From positions 96,001 through 160,000 of the forward strand of contig JBNKHE010000008.1 in the NCBI GenBank assembly GCA_050290185.1: a DNA stretch of 64,000 bases. The letters run 5' to 3'. Origin of the DNA: Pontiella sp. (GTDB lineage: Bacteria > Verrucomicrobiota > Kiritimatiellia > Kiritimatiellales > Pontiellaceae). The notes beneath the pieces were generated by a model. It had not been told where the DNA came from and ran no database searches. It worked only from the letters and a program-made list of their open reading frames with translations. Below, one piece after another: positions 55,277 to 64,000 of this stretch. Numbering within the stretch: the first letter of the stretch is position 1; each line of letters opens with the position of its first letter. Made by a program: the position numbers and the translations under genes.

Positions 55277-55564
55277 ATGAAAGCTGTCAGCATAGCCCTA
55301 GCCGTGGTTTCGGTTGCCGTTGCGTCAACCGCCTATGTCTTGCGGCGCTCCGCGCCGCAACCCGTAGCGCATCCCGTGCCGGTTGAGGTTCCGGTTGTGG
55401 CCGAACATCCCGTTTTTCCCGAACCCGTACCAACCAATGCGGTGAAGGTCAACGATGACGGGCCGGTTCAGTCTCTAGAGGATCGGGGGGATGCCATGCT
55501 GTTCGAGATCGATGCCCTTCAGAGCATGCCGTTTGACGAGCCCATCGTCCGGCCATTCGATTAA
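55277..55564 (+). CDS. Small hypothetical protein with N-terminal TM and Pro/Val-rich linker
   Basis: AAGGA RBS and a hydrophobic N-terminus. It fills the gap after pheT. Confidence 0.55.
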   Translation: MKAVSIALAVVSVAVASTAYVLRRSAPQPVAHPVPVEVPVVAEHPVFPEPVPTNAVKVNDDGPVQSLEDRGDAMLFEIDALQSMPFDEPIVRPFD

Positions 55565-55672
55565 ACATCGACGTCTGGTTGCAATACCGGTGCCGACGAG
55601 TGCGATGCTCAATCAGTCAAAATCGGCTGTTTAAGCTTGTTGTTGATCACGTGATCGCGCTTTTATCGGATC

Positions 55673-57835
55673 ATGAAATACTTGATCACATCCGTTGCCA
55701 TCCTTTTGTTGTTTCTCGCGACTCTACCTGTTTCGGCCCAGAAGCATGAAACCTTTGCTGAAAATCCCGGCAAGCGACAGGAGACCGTAAAAAAGACCCA
55801 CGATAGGGCCCATCGCGAAAAGGAGCAGGCTCGGCAATGGGCGGAAGCCCACGGGATGTCGATGCGGGATGATAACGGAGTGCGGACCATGCAGCTTATG
55901 GGTATCCGGGGTAATCGGCATATCTGGTACACGACGGAAAACTATAACGCCGCGATTTCGACCGCCGCCAATCAGGTGCGCAATACTGCACCATTTAATG
56001 CCGACGGTTCAGGGCTGACGGTCGGGGTGTGGGATACGGGCTCGGTGATGACCAGCCATCAGGAGTTCGGTGGTCGCGTATCCAATATGGATAGTGTGGC
56101 CTCCTATTACCATTCAACCCACGTTGGCGGAACCATTGGCGCCGCCGGGGTTGCCCTTGGCCGGCAGGGTATGGCACCTGCTGTCAACATTGATTCCTAC
56201 GACTGGAACGATGATATTGCTGAAATGAACGGTCGGGCAGCGGCATCGCCTGGCGAATCAGGAGCACTCTATCTGTCCAATCACTCCTATGGAACCATTT
56301 GTGGCTGGCACTACCTCAGTGATGGAAATAGCTGGTCGGGGAATGCCGGTTGGCACTGGCCCTACTGGTTGAATTGGGGGGCGGGTGAGGTTGACCCCTT
56401 GTATGGTCAATACGATTCAGGGGCCATGGATTATGATCAGGCCGTCTATGATGCACCGTATTTCCTGCCCTTTGTGGCAGCCGGCAACGACCGTAATGAT
56501 GGTCCCTCGAATGGCGACACCGTCTATTATAATCAGGGATCATGGCAATCCGCAATCTACAACAGTTCGATGCATCCGCTAGCGGAGAAGTCGTATAAGG
56601 GCGGCTACGATACCATCAAGGGTGAGGCATGTGCCAAAAACATCATGACAGTTGGCGCAGTGAAGGATGCCGTGTCCGGTATCAACCGTTCACTGGACAA
56701 CGCCGACATGACTTCCTTTAGCGGATGGGGACCTGCAGACGATGGCCGGATCAAGCCCGATATCGTGGCCAATGGATGGGATGTATGGTCGTGCGATGAT
56801 GACAGCACCAATGATTATATCAACCTGTCGGGGACCAGTATGGCAACCCCCAATGCCTGTGGGTCGGCAGCCCTCCTGATTGATTACTACAACCAGCAGT
56901 TTCCCGGGCAGTATATGCGAGCCAGCACGCTTAAAGGGCTCATCATCCATACGGCGGATGATCTGGGGAACCCGGGGCCCGACTATGCGTATGGTTGGGG
57001 GTTGATGAACACAAAGGCTGCGGCCGAGTTGATCCAGGGCGTTGCAAACGGCCATGTCATGTCCATGACGGAGGACCATCTGGGCCGCAATGACAGCATG
57101 GACAACTGGGAGGTCTACAGCGATGGCTATGAACCATTGCGCATAACACTTTGCTGGACCGATCCCCCAGCTGCTGGACAGACGGATAACGATGTACGTC
57201 TGGCGATGTTGGTTAATGATCTCGATCTGACGGTTACCGGCCCGGATGGTCTTCATTATCCTTATTCTTTGGACTATACGAACCCAGCGTCCAACGCCAC
57301 GGCAAGCGCGAAAAACAATGTCGACAATGTCGAGCAGGTCTATATCAATGCGCCCATCGCAGGGTTCTACACGATTACAGTGGATTACGATGGCTCGCTC
57401 ATGGGGAGCACCCAGTGGTATTCGCTGCTGGTCAGTGGTGATATCTTTGACTCGGACGGCGATGGCCTGGCGGATGGTTGGGAATACACCTATTTCTCGA
57501 GTACCACCGGAGCCATTGCAACGGCCGATAGTGACGGCGACGGGCAGGATAATCTGTCTGAGTATATTTCGGGACACAATCCCCTGCTGACCGGTTCCCG
57601 GTTTGGTGTCTCGGAAATCATTCCGCCGCAGTCGGGCTATGAATCCCCCTTCATCCTTTCGTGGGATCCGGTTACGGGACGGGTGTACCGCGTCAGCTGG
57701 TCCACATCTATGGGCTACTCTACCTTTACGAATATTTCCGGCGACCTGCCATATCCGGCGAACAGCTACACGGATACGGTTGAGCGGGCCGGCCCGAATC
57801 AATTCTACAAGCTACAGGTACGGCTGGCGCCTTAG
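55673..57835 (+). CDS. Secreted subtilisin-like S8 protease with DxDGDG repeats and PVC-type C-terminal domain
   Basis: Catalytic triad VWDTG, HSTHVGGT and GTSMATP, plus AAGN and GRIKPDIVANG. Repeats DSDGDGLADGWE and DSDGDGQDNLSEY. Confidence 0.92.
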   Translation: MKYLITSVAILLLFLATLPVSAQKHETFAENPGKRQETVKKTHDRAHREKEQARQWAEAHGMSMRDDNGVRTMQLMGIRGNRHIWYTTENYNAAISTAANQVRNTAPFNADGSGLTVGVWDTGSVMTSHQEFGGRVSNMDSVASYYHSTHVGGTIGAAGVALGRQGMAPAVNIDSYDWNDDIAEMNGRAAASPGESGALYLSNHSYGTICGWHYLSDGNSWSGNAGWHWPYWLNWGAGEVDPLYGQYDSGAMDYDQAVYDAPYFLPFVAAGNDRNDGPSNGDTVYYNQGSWQSAIYNSSMHPLAEKSYKGGYDTIKGEACAKNIMTVGAVKDAVSGINRSLDNADMTSFSGWGPADDGRIKPDIVANGWDVWSCDDDSTNDYINLSGTSMATPNACGSAALLIDYYNQQFPGQYMRASTLKGLIIHTADDLGNPGPDYAYGWGLMNTKAAAELIQGVANGHVMSMTEDHLGRNDSMDNWEVYSDGYEPLRITLCWTDPPAAGQTDNDVRLAMLVNDLDLTVTGPDGLHYPYSLDYTNPASNATASAKNNVDNVEQVYINAPIAGFYTITVDYDGSLMGSTQWYSLLVSGDIFDSDGDGLADGWEYTYFSSTTGAIATADSDGDGQDNLSEYISGHNPLLTGSRFGVSEIIPPQSGYESPFILSWDPVTGRVYRVSWSTSMGYSTFTNISGDLPYPANSYTDTVERAGPNQFYKLQVRLAP

Positions 57836-57850
57836 GCTTCTACTCCCCGG

Positions 57851-59857
57851 CTAGCATTCCAGGTCGGGAATTTCAGTAAACTCAACCGGACATTCCTCCA
57901 GCGATTCAAGAAAAAGGCGTCCATACCACTGGTTTTGCACACGGCTGTCGAGGATGGTAACCGTTCCGCTATCGCGTGAACTACGGATGAGGCGTCCCAC
58001 ACCCTGCCGAAACTTCAGCACGGCTTCGGGCAGGGAATATTCCTTGAATGGATTGCCTCCCTGCGCTTCGATGGTTTCGAACCGCGCCTGGATCAACGGA
58101 TGGTCCGGCACGGCAAAGGGGAGGCGGGTGATGATGACATTGCTCAACGCATCGCCCTGCACATCGACCCCCATCCAGAAACGGTCGAGTCCGAACAGCA
58201 CGCCGGCCTCGTGATTGCGGAATTTTTCAAGCATGCGCTGGGGCGGCATGCCGGTGCCCTGGACCAGAAACTCGAACCCGTCCAGCTCGAAGTCGAAACG
58301 CAGCTCATCGGCCACCTTTTTCATGAAGCGCGCGTTGGTAAAGAGCACAAAGGCGCGCCCGCGGCTTTCGCGCACGAGATGGCGAATGGCCGCGCTGGCT
58401 GCCTGCTCGAACTTCTCCGAGGAAGGGGGGGGCATATTGGCCGGAATCTGGATGCACATCTGCCGGGCATAGTCGAACGGCGAGCCGACGCGCAGTTCTG
58501 AGCAGTCCATGGCGCCCACCCGGTGGCGGAAGTATTCAAGGTTGTCGCCGACCGCCAGCGTGGCGCTGGTCATCACGACGCATGGAATTTCCTCGAACAG
58601 CATTTCGCGCAGGATCGGGCCGACATCGATAGGGGCCGAGTACAGGACCGGCACGCGCCGCCGTCCCTGGACTTCCGTCCAATAAACCTGTCCTTCCAGC
58701 GATTGCTTCAGAAAGGCCTCCACGGTATCGCGCAGTTCCAGACCCTTGTTTCGCAGGCTCTTGATTTCGGCCTGAATCCCGTCGTCTTCCGTGGTCTGTG
58801 TCAGGGTTTTCAGGTGTTCGCACAGGTTGGTGATCTTCAGTGGCAGGTCGGTTTCGATGGGTGGGGGGGCCAGTACGCGTTGCTGGGTCTTTTGCGGTCC
58901 GAGCTTGAAGTGGCTGCGTACCGCCTCGAAAAAGGCTTCGGCCGCCTCGCGGGTTTGGTCGGCCATGAAGGTGCCTTTTCCGTCCTTAAGCATCGCGCAT
59001 AGACCGCGCCGTTTTTCGCCGTGGATGCGCCGGAGCCAGTATTCGATCATGTAGAGCGATAGGCGGATGCCGAGATGCGAAGAGGCGACCTGCTCCATCT
59101 GATGCGCCTCGTCGAAGACGACATAGCCGTAGGGCGGGAGCATCGCCGCACCTTCGGCGCGCAGGGCCAGCTCGGCAAAGAAGAGCGAATGGTTGACCAC
59201 CAGCACCTGTGCGTCCTGCATCTGCTGGCGGGCAATCATGAAATAGCATTCCTTATAAAACGGGCAGCGCTTTCCGGTGCAGTTGCCGTGTTCGGCGCAA
59301 ATCGAGCCCCATACATCGTGGTCGGGTTGCTCGGCCAGATTCTGATAGCTGCCATCGCCCAGTTGCCTGCTGCTGGCCAAGGCGTGGATATCGTCGAGCT
59401 GTCGCGCTTTCGTGTCGTCAAACAGGTCGCCGGATGCCCGGCGCGCGCGCTGGAGACGCAGCAGGCAGAGATAATTGGACCGGCCTTTGACCATTACGGC
59501 CTTGAAATCGAGGCCAAGCGTTTTGCGCACAAATGGGATGTCCTTGTCTATTAACTGTTCCTGGAGCGTGATCGTATAGGTAGCAATGACGCAACGGGTC
59601 TCGTGCTCCAATGCGGTCAGGATCTGGGGCACCAGATAGGCAAAGCTCTTGCCGACCCCGGTTCCCGCCTCCACGGCCAGATGATGCCCTATGCCGGCCG
59701 CGTCGGCTAAAGCTCGCGCCATGGTCTGCTGCTGCGGACGAAGCTCGAAATCGATTCCTCCTTCGATGCAATGCTGCTCAAACAGGCCGCCCGGCTCAAA
59801 AAAGCGGTCCGTGGCATTGGCTGCCGTGGTAGCAGGCGTTGGATCTGGAAATATCAT
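57851..59857 (-). CDS. DinG/YoaA family ATP-dependent DNA helicase
   Basis: RPQQ, EAGTGVGKS, KGRSNYLC with Fe-S cysteines, DEAH, TSATL, RLPF and QGVGRLIR. Confidence 0.93.
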   Translation of the reverse strand: MIFPDPTPATTAANATDRFFEPGGLFEQHCIEGGIDFELRPQQQTMARALADAAGIGHHLAVEAGTGVGKSFAYLVPQILTALEHETRCVIATYTITLQEQLIDKDIPFVRKTLGLDFKAVMVKGRSNYLCLLRLQRARRASGDLFDDTKARQLDDIHALASSRQLGDGSYQNLAEQPDHDVWGSICAEHGNCTGKRCPFYKECYFMIARQQMQDAQVLVVNHSLFFAELALRAEGAAMLPPYGYVVFDEAHQMEQVASSHLGIRLSLYMIEYWLRRIHGEKRRGLCAMLKDGKGTFMADQTREAAEAFFEAVRSHFKLGPQKTQQRVLAPPPIETDLPLKITNLCEHLKTLTQTTEDDGIQAEIKSLRNKGLELRDTVEAFLKQSLEGQVYWTEVQGRRRVPVLYSAPIDVGPILREMLFEEIPCVVMTSATLAVGDNLEYFRHRVGAMDCSELRVGSPFDYARQMCIQIPANMPPPSSEKFEQAASAAIRHLVRESRGRAFVLFTNARFMKKVADELRFDFELDGFEFLVQGTGMPPQRMLEKFRNHEAGVLFGLDRFWMGVDVQGDALSNVIITRLPFAVPDHPLIQARFETIEAQGGNPFKEYSLPEAVLKFRQGVGRLIRSSRDSGTVTILDSRVQNQWYGRLFLESLEECPVEFTEIPDLEC

Positions 59858-60070
59858 GGGTCGACTGTAGCTGAAGCCGGGAAGGTCTGGAATCGATTTA
59901 ACGTGAATTCAATGCAAAATGTGCGTTACCCGAAACAGGAGTCAGATAGATGTCATCGGAAAAATAAGCGTCATAATCGATGATATTCAAGAAAACGCTG
60001 GCTAATCCGGATTGATCGGCGTAGAAAAGTCGGTGCATTTCGAACAATTAGCGTTTGTGTAAGGGTATAT

Positions 60071-60745
60071 ATGTTAAGAACGAAGGCCTTTTTAGTACTG
60101 GCAGGCATGGTTGCCGTTGCTTCCGCACAGCAAGGAACGACCATGGGAATCGTAGGCGTATCCCACGTTCAGGAACCCATGGGCTTTCACATTGCGGGTA
60201 TGCAATACAACGCTGATTCGACCAACACACCTGCAACTATTTACGGCGACGCGCTTCCCCTGGGTTCCAGGATATATAAGTGGAATGGAGCAACTTACGT
60301 TTCATCTGAGTATCATGAGTATTTCGATTTCGATCTCTTAGCCAACGTCATAGGATGGGATACAGAATTCAGTATTGATAATGGCGAAGGCTATTGGGTC
60401 TCTGCTCCTAGCGCTGTGGATACCTTTCTTAATGGGAATGTTCCCGTCGACGATGCCATAACTAATTCTATCATGGCAGGATTTCAGATCTGCTCATATC
60501 CTTATCCAGTGGATTGTAGTATTACAAATTTGGGTTTTACGCCATCGTTGGGTGATAGGATATATGCCTGGAATGGAACCACTTACGTTTTGTCCGAGTA
60601 TCACGAGTATTTTGATTTCGATCTCCTTTCCAACGTCATAGGATGGGACAACAAAGCGATTCAGGTCAGCGTTGGGCAGGGTTTCTGGTATATGTCGACC
60701 GTAGAAACGAACTGGGTTGTTTCGCGGCCTTTCAACTTGAACTAA
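60071..60745 (+). CDS. Secreted hypothetical protein with two-fold internal repeat
   Basis: Signal peptide. RIY.WNG.TYV.SEYHEYFDFDLL.NVIGWD...G.G.W occurs twice. AT-rich relative to its flanks. Confidence 0.8.
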   Translation: MLRTKAFLVLAGMVAVASAQQGTTMGIVGVSHVQEPMGFHIAGMQYNADSTNTPATIYGDALPLGSRIYKWNGATYVSSEYHEYFDFDLLANVIGWDTEFSIDNGEGYWVSAPSAVDTFLNGNVPVDDAITNSIMAGFQICSYPYPVDCSITNLGFTPSLGDRIYAWNGTTYVLSEYHEYFDFDLLSNVIGWDNKAIQVSVGQGFWYMSTVETNWVVSRPFNLN

Positions 60746-60773
60746 ACCCGTATTTATATTGATTGAGGTATGA

Positions 60774-61385
60774 ATGATGAAGAAAACAACTGCATTTCTG
60801 GTTGCCGCGCTGGCGTCGAGCTCTGTTTTTGCGGATATAGACGTAGAGCTGAAAAACATTGATAGTTCCGGCAGTGTTTATAAATCTGGCGGCGGCACAA
60901 TCGCTGTTAATCAGGCATACGTTCAGTTGGTTTGGTCACCGACAAATACGGCTCAGGCGAATATCACTGATTCCCAGTTGCTTGGAGCAGGCGAATATCT
61001 TCTGAATGAGGTGTATTCCAGCGCCGGGGCAGCAGGGCGTTTTCCAAGTCAAGGGATCCTCACATATACCGATGCCGATGTCGGGAATAACAATATTAAT
61101 GCCGGGTTTTTCTTTGTACGAATCTATGACTACGATGCTGCTGTTATAAGTGAAGGAGACTTCTACCTGCAACAGTATGTACAAGGACCGACCCTGACTG
61201 AATACGATACCGCTCCAGCCCCGAGGCCGATAGCATACAATACAGATGGATCTCTTGGCGGTGCGCTTGATGACACTAACGTGGGCGGTGGCAATGTCGT
61301 GATTCCGGAACCGGCGGTGGCCAGTTTGATCGGCATCTTTGGCGTAGGGTTGCTGTTTGGACGCCGCATTTTCGGCAAGAACTGA
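60774..61385 (+). CDS. PEP-CTERM exported protein
   Basis: Signal peptide, VQLVW...FFVRIYD, and VIPEPAVASLIGIFGVGLLFGRRIF. The start may instead be 60771. Confidence 0.88.
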   Translation: MMKKTTAFLVAALASSSVFADIDVELKNIDSSGSVYKSGGGTIAVNQAYVQLVWSPTNTAQANITDSQLLGAGEYLLNEVYSSAGAAGRFPSQGILTYTDADVGNNNINAGFFFVRIYDYDAAVISEGDFYLQQYVQGPTLTEYDTAPAPRPIAYNTDGSLGGALDDTNVGGGNVVIPEPAVASLIGIFGVGLLFGRRIFGKN

Positions 61386-61411
61386 TTTCTTCCCGCACCA
61401 ACGTGAAGCAG

Positions 61412-61438
61412 GCTCCGGTTGATCCGGAGCTTTTTTTT
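61412..61438 (+). terminator. Intrinsic terminator
   Basis: GCTCCGG-ttgat-CCGGAGC followed by TTTTTTTT. Confidence 0.75.
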
Positions 61439-61439
61439 C

Positions 61440-63557
61440 TTAGCCGCCGATGATGCGGTGGGCAACGAGATGTTCGGCGAGGGATTCAATGGCGCGGGGA
61501 ACGGTGGCTTCCCTGGCGATGACATCGGGCTGGAGGCCAAGGAGTTCCAGGGCGTCGGCCGTGGGTTTACCGATCACGACGATCGATTTTCCGGCGAGGG
61601 CATCTACCCCCCATTGGCCGACCAGCGATTCCACGCCGGAGGCACTGGCAAAGAATACAGCGTCGAACGGCGGAAGCTCTTCGTATTCAACCCGCACGTT
61701 GTCATAGATGACGGAGTCCTCGACTTCTGCACCGTTTTCCCTAAGGGCAATGGCGAGATCCGGTCCGGCCTTGTCGGAGCGGACGCGCAGGATCTTTTCG
61801 CCGGGCTTGATCACTTCGCTGGCCAGTGCAATGAGCGAGTCGGCGCTGAAACCGGCTTCGGGCTGGGCATCGACGCAGATGCCGTACTCCGCGAATTCGG
61901 CGGCGGTTCCGCGACCGCAGACCATGATTCTGGGGATCCTGCGGAAATCGATCTTCTGGTAGCGGACAATTTCCATGAAGGCGCGGACGGATGACGGCGA
62001 GGTGATCGCCAGCCAGTCGAATGACGCACATTGCAACGGCACATGGTGCCTGCATTTCAATTTGATCAGAGGAAACTGCACGGGCTGACCGCCAAAATCG
62101 CGAACGAGGTCGGCGGCCTTTTGCTGGATGGCATCGGAGCAGGAGAGCAGGATCCGCTTTCCCTGCAGTGCTCCGAGATCGGTCTTGTAGGCGTAGGCGG
62201 TGGTGTCGCCCACGATGATAAGTCCGGGTTGCTTAAGGCAGTGGGTTTTCGCCTGGTCTAAAAGTGCGCCCAGCGTGGTTTTGAAAATCCGTTCGTCTTC
62301 GCCGCCAGCATTGAAGACCAGGGCGGCGGGGGTGTCGGGCGAATGGCCGTCTTCCAGCATTTGACGGGTAACGGGTTCAATGGCTTTGATCGACATGTAG
62401 TAGATGACCGGCAGTTGATCTTTCATTTTGCCGTCGCAACGTGCCAGTCCGCCGCCGTGCATTCTTGGCGTGAGCGCCACAAAACCACGAGAAACATCGC
62501 GGCGGGTCAAGAGCATGCCGGTGCCGGTGGTTGCGGCCTGCAGGGCACTGATGCCTGGAATGACACGGAAAGGGATGCCGAGTTTTTCGAGTGCTTCGGT
62601 TTCTTCGGCCAAGCGGCCGAAAATACCGGGGTCGCCGCCCTTGAGGCGCACGACCTTTTTGCTTTGCCGTGCACATTCGCAAATAAGTTTGGTGGTTTCG
62701 TGCTGTTCTTTGCTATGGGCGCCGCATCGCTTGCCGACGTCGATGGCTTCGGCGTGAGGGGGAAGTTCATCCAGCAGGCTTTTATCAATGAGCGAGTCAT
62801 AGAGGCAGGTGTCGCACTGCTGCAGCGCTCGCAGGGTGGCGATGGTGCAAAGTTCTTTGTTGCTGACGCCGGCGCCGGCAAATGTGACGGCGTGCGTGAA
62901 GAGACTGCGCAGTGCCATCATGCGTTCGTCGCCTTCGCGGAAGGTGATGGCCAGATAGCCCTGGGCTTCTGGAACTTCCAGCTCATCGAGAGGAATCCAT
63001 TCGGTTACGCGTTCTTCAAGCCCCAGTCGCACGAGGGCCGCTCCGGCCATGACCATCACATCGAAATCGCCGGCATCGACCTGGGCAATCCGTTCTTCGA
63101 TGTTGCCGCGGATGGTTTTTTGGATGCCGTGGGGGAATTTTTGGGTGCAGTAGGCTTCGCGCCGTTCGGAGCTGACGCCGATCACAGGATGGTCCGGCAA
63201 ATCGGTCACCGCGTGGTTCGGAGCGAGAATCAGTGCGTCACGCGGTTCCTCGCGCCATGGCAACCAGAACCAGTCGATCCCCTCGGGCATAGGCGCGGGC
63301 AGATCCTTGGCACTGTGAACCGCAAAGTCGACTTCGCCGCGCAGCAGGGCATCGTCGAGTTCCTTGGTGAAAAAATTCGCCGGGCTGTTGCGCAGGTCGG
63401 TGGTGCGGTCGGTATCGCCCACGGACGTGATGGGCACCGACTCGAAAACGATGTCGTCGAGCATGCGCTCGATGCGGTTAAGGGCGGCACGCGACTGGGT
63501 CAGCGCCAGGCTACTCGGTCGAGTACCCGCCTTTAAAACTTTTGGTGATCTTTTCAT
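61440..63557 (-). CDS. hemC-cobA-hemD: Fusion of truncated porphobilinogen deaminase (HemC), uroporphyrinogen-III C-methyltransferase (CobA) and uroporphyrinogen-III synthase (HemD)
   Basis: HemC motifs GTRPSSLALTQ, VHSAKDLP and IRGNIEERI. CobA motifs RLKGGDPGIFGR and IPGISA. HemD motifs LQGKRILL, TSPSSV, FASASGV and IGKPTA. Confidence 0.9.
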   Translation of the reverse strand: MKRSPKVLKAGTRPSSLALTQSRAALNRIERMLDDIVFESVPITSVGDTDRTTDLRNSPANFFTKELDDALLRGEVDFAVHSAKDLPAPMPEGIDWFWLPWREEPRDALILAPNHAVTDLPDHPVIGVSSERREAYCTQKFPHGIQKTIRGNIEERIAQVDAGDFDVMVMAGAALVRLGLEERVTEWIPLDELEVPEAQGYLAITFREGDERMMALRSLFTHAVTFAGAGVSNKELCTIATLRALQQCDTCLYDSLIDKSLLDELPPHAEAIDVGKRCGAHSKEQHETTKLICECARQSKKVVRLKGGDPGIFGRLAEETEALEKLGIPFRVIPGISALQAATTGTGMLLTRRDVSRGFVALTPRMHGGGLARCDGKMKDQLPVIYYMSIKAIEPVTRQMLEDGHSPDTPAALVFNAGGEDERIFKTTLGALLDQAKTHCLKQPGLIIVGDTTAYAYKTDLGALQGKRILLSCSDAIQQKAADLVRDFGGQPVQFPLIKLKCRHHVPLQCASFDWLAITSPSSVRAFMEIVRYQKIDFRRIPRIMVCGRGTAAEFAEYGICVDAQPEAGFSADSLIALASEVIKPGEKILRVRSDKAGPDLAIALRENGAEVEDSVIYDNVRVEYEELPPFDAVFFASASGVESLVGQWGVDALAGKSIVVIGKPTADALELLGLQPDVIAREATVPRAIESLAEHLVAHRIIGG

Positions 63558-64000
63558 ATAGATCCTGATTGTCGGCAACGATGGCGCGGCTTTGCGCCAG
63601 GATTTCGGTCATATCAGCCAATTCGCGGCGGTACCAGTATTTGAGTCCGTCCAGGTCAACCACGGTAACATCGGACGAGAGGTCGTCCAGTTCGGGGTCG
63701 ACATTGCGCGGCATGCCAAGGTCGATCACGGTTACCGGGCGTTCCTGATTGAAGAAGGGCTCATGCCCGAGGTGCAAAAGATGGCCCGGAGCATCCGCGG
63801 CACTGACGATAACGTCGGCATCCGTTATCTGGTTTTTCATGTCGTTAAAGGTGCAGAGTTCCACTTTTCCATTCCAGTCTGCGGGGACGTCGGGCCGGTT
63901 TACATGATAGCACCAGACAATCCGACCCACCTTGGGCAGCGCATCCTTGACGAGGCCCTTGCCGACCATGCCGGCTCCCAGCACCATCAGGGTGGTATTT
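63511..64000 (-). CDS. hemA: Glutamyl-tRNA reductase, C-terminal part (5' end beyond window)
   Basis: VLGAGMVG, ADVIVSA, IDLGMPRNVDP and DLDGL. Adjacent to hemC. Confidence 0.85.
   Translation of the reverse strand, partial: NTTLMVLGAGMVGKGLVKDALPKVGRIVWCYHVNRPDVPADWNGKVELCTFNDMKNQITDADVIVSAADAPGHLLHLGHEPFFNQERPVTVIDLGMPRNVDPELDDLSSDVTVVDLDGLKYWYRRELADMTEILAQSRAIVADNQDLYEKITKSFKGGYSTE

Noticed and set aside
60281..60648. Diversity-generating retroelement TR/VR pair
   Set aside because: The 10 mismatches are not adenine-specific, both copies are in frame in one gene, and no reverse transcriptase is present.
1..64000. CRISPR array, rRNA, tRNA or intact prophage/integrase
   Set aside because: I saw no regularly spaced repeats, cloverleafs, phage structural genes or catalytic integrase domain. 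This was by eye, so small RNAs could be missed.

Overview
A mostly housekeeping and cell-envelope chromosomal window of fairly high GC. It is probably from a PVC-superphylum bacterium, most likely Kiritimatiellota (Pontiella-like). That assignment is inferred only from the style of the PEP-CTERM tails and secreted proteins. Gene order: thyA-folA; a sensor kinase / LytTR regulator / PEP-CTERM cassette bracketed by a duplicated folA 3' end; a trypsin-like protease; a DRE-TIM aldolase with an in-frame integrase-arm-like N-terminal extension; azoR-trpF-gluQ-trpB; an ~11 kb Tad/Flp pilus locus with five or six prepilin-like genes, an FHA-fused ATPase, an FHA membrane protein and a PEGA lipoprotein, but no secretin or prepilin peptidase in the window; yicC-gmk; two tandem SLC12/CCC-like transporters; PagL-like and MATE pseudogenes; a TetR-TolC-MFP-RND efflux operon; PhoA and PhoX-like phosphatases; several more PEP-CTERM proteins (five in the window in total); a REPIN plus Y1-transposase scar; MFS; pfk; a HisKA-only membrane protein; a standalone rpsD with a structured leader; pheT; a subtilase; a DinG-family helicase; and a HemC(truncated)-CobA-HemD fusion followed by partial hemA. 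I saw no rRNA, tRNA or CRISPR array. The best candidates for undescribed biology are the FHA/PEGA-decorated Tad system, the DNA-binding-domain/aldolase fusion with its inverted repeat, the HemC lacking its cofactor-anchoring domain, and a shared sigma54-type motif upstream of two PEP-CTERM genes and the kinase-less HisKA gene. All calls come from motif recognition by eye; no searches were run.
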